Origin: Nannocystis bainbridge
Lineage (GTDB): Bacteria > Myxococcota_A > Polyangia > Nannocystales > Nannocystaceae
Direction of reading: 5' to 3'
Assembly: GCF_028368995.1 (NCBI RefSeq)
Contig: NZ_JAQNDL010000001.1
Coordinates: 3,488,001 to 3,552,000 of the forward strand
DNA: 64,000 nucleotides
Below the pieces are notes generated by a model. It did not search any database and was not told the origin of the DNA. It saw nothing but the letters and a program-made list of their open reading frames with translations. Made by a program: the position numbers and the translations under genes. Shown piece after piece: positions 22,741 to 31,531 of the stretch; position 1 is the first letter of the stretch; each line of letters begins with the position of its first letter.

Positions 22741-24021
22741 CTACGGGGCGAGCTGCGGCGAGCGGATGCCCTTGATCTGCGGGATCTGCTGCTTCAGCTT
22801 GCGCTCGATGCCCTGCTTCAGCGTCGCCTGCGAGCTCGGGCAGGTGACGCAGTTGCCGGTGAGGCGCACGCCGACGGTGTCCGACGTCACGTCGAGCAGC
22901 TCGATGTCGCCGCCGTCGGCCTGGACCAGCGGACGGCACGCCTCGAGCACCTCGCGGACGCGGGCGATCAGCGCCTCGCCCTCGAGCGGCTCGCTGTCGA
23001 CGGCGGCGTTCGGGTCCTCGAGCAGCGCTTCGAACGGCGAGCGCTCGGGGTGATGGACCACCGGCAGCTTGACGGGCTGCTTCTTGACCGGGGCGGCCGC
23101 CTTGGGCTCGTAGGGCACGGTGGCGCCGCCGGCGGCCTTCCAGCCCTCGATGCCGCCGCGCAGGCTGACGACCGACTTGAAGCCGCGGCGACCGAGGACC
23201 TCGGCGGCCTGCAGAGAGCGCCGGCCCGAGCGGCAGTAGGCGATCCACACGCCCTGCGGGTCGAGGCCTTCGGCCTGCTCGAGCTCGCCCAGCGAGACCG
23301 TGCGCGCGCCGGCCAGCACGCCCGTCTGGGCCCACTCCGACGGCTCGCGCACGTCGAGCAGCAGGACCTTGCCGCCCTCGGCCAACCTGGCCTTGAGGGC
23401 AGCCGCGGTCAGCTCGCGGCCGTCGCCGTCGTCCTCGTCCTCGTCGCCGACGATCGCCGCGACCACCGGCGGCGCGGCCGACGGATCGGCGAGCAGCGCG
23501 ACGAGCTTGCCCGACTCGTGCAGCTCACGCAGCTCGTCGAAGCCGCCGATGCACTGCTCGCGGATGAACACGTGCGGCGTGGTGCGGCGCCCGGTCTTGG
23601 TGCGGATCGCCGTGCGCAGGTCGTGGTTGTCGGTGTAGTCGATCGTCTTGGCGAGCAGGTTCTGCTCGCGCACCAGGTCGAGCGCGGCGCGGCAGTAGGG
23701 GCAGCCGCGCTTGTAGTAGATGATGAGGGCCGGCTCGGCCGGCTTGGCCTCGGCCCCCTTCTCGGGCTTGACGATGCCGCGGTCCTGCTGCCACTTGCGC
23801 AGCTTGTCGCGGTCGGTCTGCCACATCGGCTGGTCGGGCGTGCCGCCGTCCCAGCTGGGGAGGTCGAGGCGGACGTCGATGCGATCGAGGCCGACGAAGC
23901 TGCGCACGCGATCGAGGCCGGCGGCGGCCACCCGGACGGGGGCGTGCTCCGAGGTCTTGCCGCGCTCGACGACCCGGTCGAGGGTGTGCACGGTGATGCG
24001 CTTGAGGAGCGTGCCTATCAC
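22741..24021 (-). CDS. Glutaredoxin-rhodanese-NifU(C-terminal) fusion protein
   Basis: CPYC...TTPHVFI...IGGFDEL; LLDVREPSEW...YCRSGRRS...LRGGIEGW; RPLVQADGGDIELL...GNCVTCPSS..TLKQGIE. Confidence 0.88.
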   Translation of the reverse strand: MIGTLLKRITVHTLDRVVERGKTSEHAPVRVAAAGLDRVRSFVGLDRIDVRLDLPSWDGGTPDQPMWQTDRDKLRKWQQDRGIVKPEKGAEAKPAEPALIIYYKRGCPYCRAALDLVREQNLLAKTIDYTDNHDLRTAIRTKTGRRTTPHVFIREQCIGGFDELRELHESGKLVALLADPSAAPPVVAAIVGDEDEDDGDGRELTAAALKARLAEGGKVLLLDVREPSEWAQTGVLAGARTVSLGELEQAEGLDPQGVWIAYCRSGRRSLQAAEVLGRRGFKSVVSLRGGIEGWKAAGGATVPYEPKAAAPVKKQPVKLPVVHHPERSPFEALLEDPNAAVDSEPLEGEALIARVREVLEACRPLVQADGGDIELLDVTSDTVGVRLTGNCVTCPSSQATLKQGIERKLKQQIPQIKGIRSPQLAP

Positions 24022-24068
24022 GAGGGGACGCCTTAGCCGGCAGGGCCGGCGGCGTCAAGTCGGGCATT

Positions 24069-24150
<82 letters not shown>

Positions 24151-24175
24151 GCGGAACAGAGCGTATCATTACAGT

Positions 24176-24910
24176 GTGACGTCGCTCCAGAGGCTTTGCG
24201 CGTGGATGTGTGGATTCGCGGTGATCGGCTGTTCGCAGCCGGCCGGTTCGCAGAAGACGGAGCCCGAGGCCAAGGGTGCGGCCGCGGAGCCCGCGAAGGG
24301 GACCGAGGCCAAGGCGCCGGAGGCCCGGGCCGCGGCGCAGACGACCTCCGGTCAGGTCCGCAGCGACGTGGCCCTGCCGCTGCCGGCCCTGCTCGGGCAG
24401 CCGGTCCTGTCGGTCGAGCCCAACTTCGGCGAGCACCAGGGCAAGGGCATGGCCCGCACGACATGCGTCCGCTTCGCGCCGGAGCGGACCTTCTTCCGCT
24501 GCACCTTCGCGCTCCAGCGCTACGCCGACAAGGGCGACGAGTGGGCGGGCATCCGCGTCGAGTACGAGGACGGCCTGGCGGCCTCGATCGGCTTCGACGG
24601 CTATAAAAAGGGGACCGGTCCGTTCGACCCGAAGGTGCTGCTGCGGGCCGTGGGCCTCGAGCTGCCCGACGAGCCCCGGGCCGACGCGCCGGCGGAGGGG
24701 GTGCGCCGGTGGGCGTGGTTCAACGACCGCGCGCGCCTCAAGATCGGCGAGCACCAGTACCGCGTCGAGATCTCGGTGGTCGGCGACGACTGGGCCCGCA
24801 GCCGCATCGACGTGGTGCGCAACGAGCCGCTGACGCCGGAGCAGAAGGCCAAGATCGTGCCGCCCGGCGCGGGCAAGCCGGAGATCAGCGAGCCGCCGCC
24901 AGGGCCGTGA
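24176..24910 (+). CDS. Hypothetical lipoprotein
   Basis: GTG start, lipobox VIGC, Ala/Glu/Lys tether, two Cys in the folded domain. Confidence 0.7.
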   Translation: MTSLQRLCAWMCGFAVIGCSQPAGSQKTEPEAKGAAAEPAKGTEAKAPEARAAAQTTSGQVRSDVALPLPALLGQPVLSVEPNFGEHQGKGMARTTCVRFAPERTFFRCTFALQRYADKGDEWAGIRVEYEDGLAASIGFDGYKKGTGPFDPKVLLRAVGLELPDEPRADAPAEGVRRWAWFNDRARLKIGEHQYRVEISVVGDDWARSRIDVVRNEPLTPEQKAKIVPPGAGKPEISEPPPGP

Positions 24911-24934
24911 GGGAGGCGTCGCCGGGCTGCGACA

Positions 24935-25014
24935 CCACCTGGCCTCACGGGCATGTCATCAAGGACATGTCATGAGTAACATGTCGCTCGGGGCATGTCC
25001 TTTCGGGCATGCCC
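24935..25014. repeat. 14-bp-period array between convergent genes
   Basis: Cores at 24938, 24952, 24966, 24980, 24994, 25008. Confidence 0.9.
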
Positions 25015-25018
25015 AGTT

Positions 25019-26437
25019 CTAAAAAATCTTGCCGGGGTTGAGCAGGCCGCTCGGATCGAGGACGGCCTTGATCCCGCGCATCAGCGCCACTTCGGTCGGG
25101 TTGCGGCTGAAGTGGAGGTGATCGCGCTTGAGCAGGCCGACGCCGTGTTCGGCGGAGATGCTGCCGCCGTGGGCCTGGACCAGGGCGTAGAGCTCGTCGT
25201 CGAAGCCGTGCACGCGCTCGAGAAATTCGGGCAAGCCGAGGCCGTCGGGGCGGAGGATGTTGAGGTGGAGGTTGCCGTCGCCGACGTGGCCGAAGCACAG
25301 CGCCTCGATGCCGGGCAGGCGCTCGGCGACGAGGGGGCGCCAGGCGGCCAGGAACTCGGCGACGCGGGCGACCGGCAGGGCGATGTCGGCCTTGTGCGGG
25401 GTGTGGCGATGGAGCGACTCGCTGATGTCCTCGCGGTAGGCCCACAGCGCGCGGCCCTGGGCTGCGGTCGCGGCCAGCACCGCGTCGGCGAGCTCGCCGG
25501 CGTCCGCGGCCTCGGCGAGGCAGGCGCTGAGCTCGTCACGCGAGTGCTCGAGCGCGGCGGCGCCGGGGACCGGGACCTCGACCTCGGCCAGCACGTAGCG
25601 CGCGGCCGGCTCGGCGAACGGCGGGTCGCCCCGGCGGTGGGCCAGCACGTGGCCGAGGCAGCCGTGGTCGAGGAACTCGAAGGCCGACAGCGTCAGGCTG
25701 CTGCGGCGCAGGCGAGCGAACAGCGCCAGGACCTCGACGTCGGACCCCACGGCGCACAGCGCGACCAGCGTGTCGGCCGGCGGTCGCGCCAGCTTGAGCG
25801 TGACCCCGACGATCACCCCGAGCGTGCCCTCGCTGCCGATGAACAGCTGGCGCAGGTCGTAACCGGTGTTGTTCTTGACCAGCGCCCCGCCGAGCGCGAG
25901 CAGTTCGCCGCTGGCGAGCACGACCTCGAGGCCGAGCACCCAGTCGCGCGTGAGGCCGTAGCGCAGGACCTTCACCCCGCCGGCGTTGGTCGCCAGGCTG
26001 CCGCCGATCTGGGCGCTGCCCTTGGCGGCGTAGTCGACGGGATAAAGGAGGCCGGCGGCGGCCGCCGCGTCCTGCACGGCCTGAAGGGTCGCGCCGGCCT
26101 CGCAGCGCAGGGTGCGGGCGGCCGGGTCGACCTCGAGGATCCGGTGCATGCGCTCGAGCGACAGCACGACCTCGCCGCGGGTGGCGGTGGCCGCCCCCGC
26201 CAGGCCGGTGCGGCCGCCGGAGGGGACGATCGGAACGCCGTGAGCGGCACACGCGCGGACGACCGCCTGGACATCGGCGGCCGAGCGCGGAAACACGATG
26301 AATGACGGCCGCACCGGCCAGCCGCCGCGGCAGCGATCGGCGCCGTAGTAGGCCAGATCGGCCGGATCGTCGCTCAGGCGGTCGGCGCCGAGGGCCGCGA
26401 TCAAGGCCGCGCGGAGGTCTTCGAGGTCGGGGACCAT
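25019..26437 (-). CDS. FAD-linked oxidase (D-2-hydroxyacid dehydrogenase/GlcD family)
   Basis: PSGGRTGLAG, IGGSLATNAGG, KNNTGYDL, GSEGTLG, GHVGDGNLH, SAEHGVG, LNPGK. Confidence 0.93.
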   Translation of the reverse strand: MVPDLEDLRAALIAALGADRLSDDPADLAYYGADRCRGGWPVRPSFIVFPRSAADVQAVVRACAAHGVPIVPSGGRTGLAGAATATRGEVVLSLERMHRILEVDPAARTLRCEAGATLQAVQDAAAAAGLLYPVDYAAKGSAQIGGSLATNAGGVKVLRYGLTRDWVLGLEVVLASGELLALGGALVKNNTGYDLRQLFIGSEGTLGVIVGVTLKLARPPADTLVALCAVGSDVEVLALFARLRRSSLTLSAFEFLDHGCLGHVLAHRRGDPPFAEPAARYVLAEVEVPVPGAAALEHSRDELSACLAEAADAGELADAVLAATAAQGRALWAYREDISESLHRHTPHKADIALPVARVAEFLAAWRPLVAERLPGIEALCFGHVGDGNLHLNILRPDGLGLPEFLERVHGFDDELYALVQAHGGSISAEHGVGLLKRDHLHFSRNPTEVALMRGIKAVLDPSGLLNPGKIF

Positions 26438-26561
26438 GACGTGCGAGGGTAACTCAATGGCGCGAGCGCGCCCGCATGCCGCGGGCGCGCTCGACACAGC
26501 TCCTCGGTTATCAGCGTTAGGCGCTCCCGAACGGCGTTCACCGCCCGGGAAGCGGCCGACG

Positions 26562-26891
26562 CTAGAGCGCCGGGAGGGCGTTGGCCGGCAGCCGCATGAG
26601 CTGGCGGACCATGCGGACGACGGACTTCACGACCGGGTGGCCCTTGATGAAGACCACGCCCACCACGTGCTTGTCGTCGCCAGCGACAAGGATCGCGTGC
26701 TCGCCGACGAGGATGCGAACGGCGGTCTCGCCCGCCACTTGCCGCAGCTTCACCGCTTCGAGCACGATGGGCTTCCAGCGCTCCTCGCCGACCCACGCCG
26801 CGTCGCCCGCCTGCGCCTGCTCCGCGGTTTGGTCCAACACGGCCACGATACCGTCGTGGCGAAGAACGCGCTCAATTCGTGTCGATGACAT
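26562..26891 (-). CDS. Small hypothetical protein, possibly Roadblock/LC7-like fold
   Basis: ATG at 26891, 109 aa, helix-strand pattern ending in an amphipathic helix. Confidence 0.55.
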   Translation of the reverse strand: MSSTRIERVLRHDGIVAVLDQTAEQAQAGDAAWVGEERWKPIVLEAVKLRQVAGETAVRILVGEHAILVAGDDKHVVGVVFIKGHPVVKSVVRMVRQLMRLPANALPAL

Positions 26892-27022
26892 GGACTTCCC
26901 TGTTTTTCTGGCCCAATTGGGCCCGTACGTCGCAAACTGGGGGGGTCGTGACGGGCTTTGGGTTTTACAAAAAGCCCCCAGGTGCGTCAAATCCGCAAGA
27001 CCGGTTTCACGGTGATTCACGA

Positions 27023-27838
27023 ATGAACCTTGTCGACACCCACGCGCACATCGACATGCCGCGCTTCGGCGATCGTGCGGAACGTCGATTTGCCGCTGTT
27101 CGGGCCGCTGCCGCGGGAATTTCGGCGATCGTAATCCCCGGTGTCGAACCGGAATCTTGGGACGCGCTGCTCGAGGTCGCGGCCGACTTGAGCGAAATCG
27201 CTCCAACCGTGCGCTTTCACACCGCCCTGGGGATCCACCCCCAAGTCCTTCCGCAGCTCGCCCCCGCGCATGATTCCGCGGTCCTGACCGCATTAAGCGA
27301 CCGGATTCGCGCGGCGCCGGCCGACCTGGTGGCGATCGGCGAGTGCGGCCTCGATTTCGGGCCGGGCGGCGGCGGGGTGCCGCGCGAGCGGCAGGTCGCG
27401 GTGCTGCGGGCCCACTTCGCGCTGGCGCGAGCGACCGGGCTTCCGTTGCTGCTGCACTGTTTGAAGGCCTACGCGGTGATGCTCGCGCTGCTGGACGAGC
27501 AGCCGTTGCCGCCGTCGATCCTGCACAGCTACTCGGGCAGCGCCGAGATGGTGCCGGCGTTCTGCCGCGGCGGTCACGCGATCTCGTTCGCCGGGGCGAT
27601 CACGCTGCCGGGCGCGCGCCGGCCGGTGCTGGCCGCCCGCGCGGTCGCGGCCGACCGGCTGCTGCTCGAGACCGACTCGCCCGACCAGACGCCGGCGTCG
27701 CGCCGGCCGGCCCGCAACGAACCTGCGTTCCTCGGCGACATCGCCCGCGCCGTCGCCGCGGCGCGCGAGGAGCCGCTCGAGCAGGTGGCCCAGACCACCA
27801 CCGACAACGCGCGCCGCCTGCTGCGGCTCGCTGCCTGA
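27023..27838 (+). CDS. tatD: TatD-family hydrolase
   Basis: DTHAH, GIHP, IGECGLD, LHSYSG, LLETDSP, RNEP. Confidence 0.93.
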   Translation: MNLVDTHAHIDMPRFGDRAERRFAAVRAAAAGISAIVIPGVEPESWDALLEVAADLSEIAPTVRFHTALGIHPQVLPQLAPAHDSAVLTALSDRIRAAPADLVAIGECGLDFGPGGGGVPRERQVAVLRAHFALARATGLPLLLHCLKAYAVMLALLDEQPLPPSILHSYSGSAEMVPAFCRGGHAISFAGAITLPGARRPVLAARAVAADRLLLETDSPDQTPASRRPARNEPAFLGDIARAVAAAREEPLEQVAQTTTDNARRLLRLAA

Positions 27839-27840
27839 CG

Positions 27841-29445
27841 ATGATGCGAACCCGCAGTCTGATGACCGTTCTGGCCTTCGGGACAGGCCTGCTGGGGTGC
27901 GGCGGCCCGCCGCCCACGCCGAAGCCCGAGGTCGGGGTCCCGACCCCCCCGCCGCCCGTGATCGCCGCGCCGGAGCCCGAGCGCGTGCCGCCGCCGCCCG
28001 AGAAGCTGGTGATCTCGCACCCGCGCGAGCTGGCCGAGGTCGACCTGTCGCGGCTGGTCTCGCTCGACCTCGCGCTGTCGCCGGAGGACCGCCGCGAGCG
28101 CGCCAGCCAGCTGCGCGACGACCTCGATTACGACCACGCCTGCGCGGAGCTCGACCTGACCCGCCTGGCCGAGCGCACGCCGGCGCTGCGGACGCTGCGG
28201 ATCTCCGGCTGCCTCGACGCGGTCCACGCGGGCCTCGGCGCGTTGATCGGGGTCGAGAGCCTCGCGCTCGCCGACCTCACGCTCGACGGGGTGGTCATGG
28301 GCCGGATCGCCAGCCTGCCGCGGCTGCGCCACCTGACCCTCGCGCGCGTGGCCCAGGGCGCCGAGCCGGTGGCCCTGCTGGCGCGCGCGCGGCTCGAGTC
28401 GCTGGTCCTCCGCGACCTCGCCACCGACTCGGGGCTGGCGGCGCTCGCCGGCGATGTCGCCGGGCTGCAGACGCTCACGCTCGAAGGCGCGTGGGCCGGG
28501 CACGACGCGCTGCTCGAGGTCGCCGACGGGGTCGCGCTGAAAGAAGTGAAGCTGCTCGACACCCGCGCGGGCAACTTCTCGCTGCACCAGCTCAAGCCGC
28601 TCACGGGCCTGTCGCGGCTGACGCTGCGCGGCTCGGGCTTCAACGACTACAGCCCGCTGTACGTGCGCGACCTGCCGCTGACCGAGTTCACGTGCGCCTG
28701 CCCGAACCTCGGCGACAAGGGCCTGCGCGCGCTGGGCCGGCAGGTGGGGCTGCGGCGGCTGGTGCTGCCGCAGTCGCGGATCTCCGGCGCGGGGCTCGAG
28801 GAGCTGGCCAAGCTCGGACTGCAGTCGATCGAGATCCGCGGCCGCGACCTCGGGCCCGACGGGCTGCTCGCGCTCAGCCGCCTGCCCGACCTGCGCACCC
28901 TCGTGCTCGGGCTGGCGCCGCCGCTGACGCTGGCCGACCCGACGATGCAGCACCTCGGCGAGCTGGCGGGCCTGCGCACGCTGGTGCTCGACATCCCGAG
29001 CCTGGGCGACCGGGTGGCCGACGAGCTCGGCGAGCTGATCGGGCTGGTCGAGCTCGACCTCGGCGCGACCCAGATCTCCGACGCGGGCCTGCGCGCGCTC
29101 GCGGGGATGCACGGGCTCAAGGTGCTGCGGCTGCACCACACCAAGGTGACGCACCGCGGGCTGGCCAACCTGGCCGCGCTGACGCAGCTCGAGGTGCTGG
29201 AGCTCGACCACACCGATGTGGTCGACGGCGGCGTGGCGAGCCTCAAGGACCTGACCTCGCTGCGGGTGCTGCGGCTCGACGCGACGCTCATCACCGATCA
29301 GTCGCTGCAGTACCTGCGCGGGATGACGAAGCTCGAGCAGCTGAACCTCGCGGACACGGTCGTCACCGCCGACGGCGCGGCGACGCTGCTTTCGCTGCCG
29401 TCGCTGCGCTCGGTCAACCTGGCCCGCACGCGCGCGAGTGATTGA
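27841..29445 (+). CDS. Leucine-rich-repeat lipoprotein
   Basis: Lipobox LLGC, Pro tether, ~24-aa repeats LxxLxLxxTxITDxGLxxL. Confidence 0.88.
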   Translation: MMRTRSLMTVLAFGTGLLGCGGPPPTPKPEVGVPTPPPPVIAAPEPERVPPPPEKLVISHPRELAEVDLSRLVSLDLALSPEDRRERASQLRDDLDYDHACAELDLTRLAERTPALRTLRISGCLDAVHAGLGALIGVESLALADLTLDGVVMGRIASLPRLRHLTLARVAQGAEPVALLARARLESLVLRDLATDSGLAALAGDVAGLQTLTLEGAWAGHDALLEVADGVALKEVKLLDTRAGNFSLHQLKPLTGLSRLTLRGSGFNDYSPLYVRDLPLTEFTCACPNLGDKGLRALGRQVGLRRLVLPQSRISGAGLEELAKLGLQSIEIRGRDLGPDGLLALSRLPDLRTLVLGLAPPLTLADPTMQHLGELAGLRTLVLDIPSLGDRVADELGELIGLVELDLGATQISDAGLRALAGMHGLKVLRLHHTKVTHRGLANLAALTQLEVLELDHTDVVDGGVASLKDLTSLRVLRLDATLITDQSLQYLRGMTKLEQLNLADTVVTADGAATLLSLPSLRSVNLARTRASD

Positions 29446-29567
29446 GGCCGGAACACGTCGAGACCGCGCCGAGAGTGGCCGGGCCGCGAGGATGCGGTAG
29501 ACAGCCTCGCGGGCCGTCGCGTCGCGTCGCGTCCCGGGGCTCCCCTTCGACGAGAGAGGCAATCACG

Positions 29568-29990
29568 ATGCAGATCGGCCTGTTCGGCTTTGTCATCGCC
29601 GCGCAAAACCCCACCACCAGCGCGCAGTGGTTCGTCGAGCACTTCGGCTTCGCCGTGGGCGTCGACATCGGCTGGTACGTCAACCTCCAGCACCCCGGCC
29701 ATGCGAACGTCAGCCTCGACTTCGTCCAGCGCGACCACGACTCGTGGCCGGTCGCCGCCCGCGGCAAGCAGGTCGCCGGCTCGCTGGTGGCCTTCCTGGT
29801 CGAGGACGTCGACGCCGAGCACGCGCGGCTGCGCGAGGCCGGTCTGACGATCGTGCTGCCGCCGGTCAGCGAGCCGTGGGGTCAGCGGCGGTTCCAGATC
29901 GCGGCGCCGGACGGCCTGTTCGTCGAGGTCCTGCAGCGCGTCGCGCCCGATCCGTCGTGGCTGGCCGCGCACGGCCTGGGCCCGCAGTGA
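29568..29990 (+). CDS. VOC/glyoxalase family protein
   Basis: FLVEDVDAEHARL...EPWGQRRFQIAAPDG..VEV; GAGG RBS upstream. Confidence 0.9.
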   Translation: MQIGLFGFVIAAQNPTTSAQWFVEHFGFAVGVDIGWYVNLQHPGHANVSLDFVQRDHDSWPVAARGKQVAGSLVAFLVEDVDAEHARLREAGLTIVLPPVSEPWGQRRFQIAAPDGLFVEVLQRVAPDPSWLAAHGLGPQ

Positions 29991-29992
29991 GT

Positions 29993-30122
29993 CGTCGCAA
30001 TGCCGCGGGGTGACGCTCACGCCAGCGTTGGCTCGCGCGCGGGCAAGTGAACGCGGCCGTCGCAATGCCGCGGGGTGACGCTCACGCCAGCGGTGGCGCG
30101 CGCTCGGGCAAGTGGACGCGGC
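29993..30122. repeat. 65-bp tandem duplication including the 3' end of thiD
   Basis: 29993-30057 vs 30058-30122 are nearly identical (CGTCGCAATGCCGCGGGGTGACGCTCACGCCAGCG...). Confidence 0.88.
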
Positions 30123-30888
30123 CGTCGATGCCGGGCACGCAGCGGGTGCGGACCACGTCGAGCCAGGCCACCGCGGCGCTGATGGCCGCCAGCATGTGGC
30201 GGCCCTGCGCCAGGCCGCAGGCGATCGCCGTCGCCAGGGCGCAGCCGGTGCCGCGCGGGTCGGGGCCGGCCACGCGCGGCCGCTCGAACACGTGGACCTG
30301 TCCCGGGAGACAGGCGATGTCACGGACCCGCTCGTGGCCCACCACCGCGCTCTTGAGCAGGACGCCGGCGCGGCCGAGCGCGTCGGCGGTGCGCTGGTCC
30401 AGCTCGGGGTCGTCCTCGGTCGAGCCGGTCAAGGCCGCCGCCTCGTGGCGATTGGGCGTCACGAGCCATGTCTCTTCGGACATGTCCCGAAGGCAATCTC
30501 GCAGGATGTCCGCGCGCGCGCCGAGGTCACCGCCGTCGGAGGCCGCGAGCACCGGATCGATCACCACCGGCACGCGGCGAGACGCGACCTCGTCGAGGAC
30601 CGCCTCGACCAGCGCCGCCGGCAACAGGCCGATCTTGATCGCGCGCGGCGGCGGCATCGACCGCAGCTCGCGGATGACCGCGGCCGCCGAGCGCGGCTCC
30701 GCCGACGCGGGGCGACCGTGACCCTGGCGCGTCCACGCGGTCACGACCCGGGCCACCGGCACGCTCGGGGCACAGGCGCCGGCCGTGAAGGTGTCGCGCA
30801 AGATACCGGCCCCGCCGGTCGGATCGAGGCCGGCGAGCAGCCACAGCGCGGTGGCGTGGCTTGAAGTCTCGGGTACACTGCGGACCAT
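30082..30888 (-). CDS. thiD: Hydroxymethylpyrimidine/phosphomethylpyrimidine kinase
   Basis: AGLDPTGGAGI..D, AIKIGLL, VIDPVL.ASDG, VTPNRHE, RGTGCALA; start uncertain. Confidence 0.82.
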   Translation of the reverse strand: MVRSVPETSSHATALWLLAGLDPTGGAGILRDTFTAGACAPSVPVARVVTAWTRQGHGRPASAEPRSAAAVIRELRSMPPPRAIKIGLLPAALVEAVLDEVASRRVPVVIDPVLAASDGGDLGARADILRDCLRDMSEETWLVTPNRHEAAALTGSTEDDPELDQRTADALGRAGVLLKSAVVGHERVRDIACLPGQVHVFERPRVAGPDPRGTGCALATAIACGLAQGRHMLAAISAAVAWLDVVRTRCVPGIDGRVHLPERAPPLA

Positions 30889-31102
30889 GGCGACCTTCAC
30901 CGGGACCGTGCGAAAGAACGACCTCGAGGGCGGCTTTCACGAGCTCGTCACCGAACAGGGCGATGTGTACCGCCTGAGCAAGTGCTCCGTGAAGGCGGGG
31001 GCGCGGGTCAAGGTGGAGGGCAACGTCGAATCCGGTGGTTTCGGGATCCACATGTCCGGACCGAGCATCGCGGTCAAGAGTATCGAGGTTCTCGCCAGCT
31101 AG
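30887..31102 (+). CDS. Small beta-rich hypothetical protein (71 aa)
   Basis: MATFTGTVRKNDLEGG...VKVEG...MSGPSIAV; good codon bias. Confidence 0.7.
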   Translation: MATFTGTVRKNDLEGGFHELVTEQGDVYRLSKCSVKAGARVKVEGNVESGGFGIHMSGPSIAVKSIEVLAS

Positions 31103-31265
31103 CGCCCGACCTGCCGGGTCGCGGTCCGCACCTCCGCGGGCCGCGTGGGCAGCCCCGCCCGGCCCCACCCTCGCGCCAGGGGCGTGAGGACATCCTGCCC
31201 GAGACAAGACCGTCGGCGCCGCCGAGGGTCGCGCAGGCCGTCACGGCGAGCGACGGACCAAAGGC

Positions 31266-31298
31266 GAAGGCCCTGTCACCGGTGGTGACAGGGCCTTC
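31266..31298 (-). terminator. Hairpin downstream of tRNA-Leu(CAG)
   Basis: 15-bp stem GAAGGCCCTGTCACC/GGTGACAGGGCCTTC; weak T-tract. Confidence 0.65.
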
Positions 31299-31306
31299 AG
31301 CGCTTG

Positions 31307-31389
31307 TGCGAGGAAAGGGACTCGAACCCCCACGTCCTAGGGACACACGGACCTGAACCGTGCGCGTCTACCAATTTCGCCATCCTCGC
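31307..31389 (-). tRNA. tRNA-Leu(CAG)
   Basis: GCGAGGA acceptor, CACGG-TTCAGGT-CCGTG anticodon arm, long variable arm, GGTTCGAGTCC; CCA not encoded. Confidence 0.95.
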
Positions 31390-31531
31390 GGCGGGCGTGG
31401 AACCTAGGCCGACTCGGCTTCGGCGTCAAGCAATTTTGCGATGGCCCGGAGGCGGTGCGAGGGGAGCATGGCGCACTCCACGCCAGGGACACCGGCCGGC
31501 TATCCGGCGCCCGTTTGCCGCCGGCAGGCCG

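Noticed and set aside
24935-25014. 14-bp arrays as operators of one local transcription factor or simple VNTRs
   Set aside because: They lie mostly at 3' ends and inside functionally unrelated genes, and units within an array are too divergent for recent slippage.
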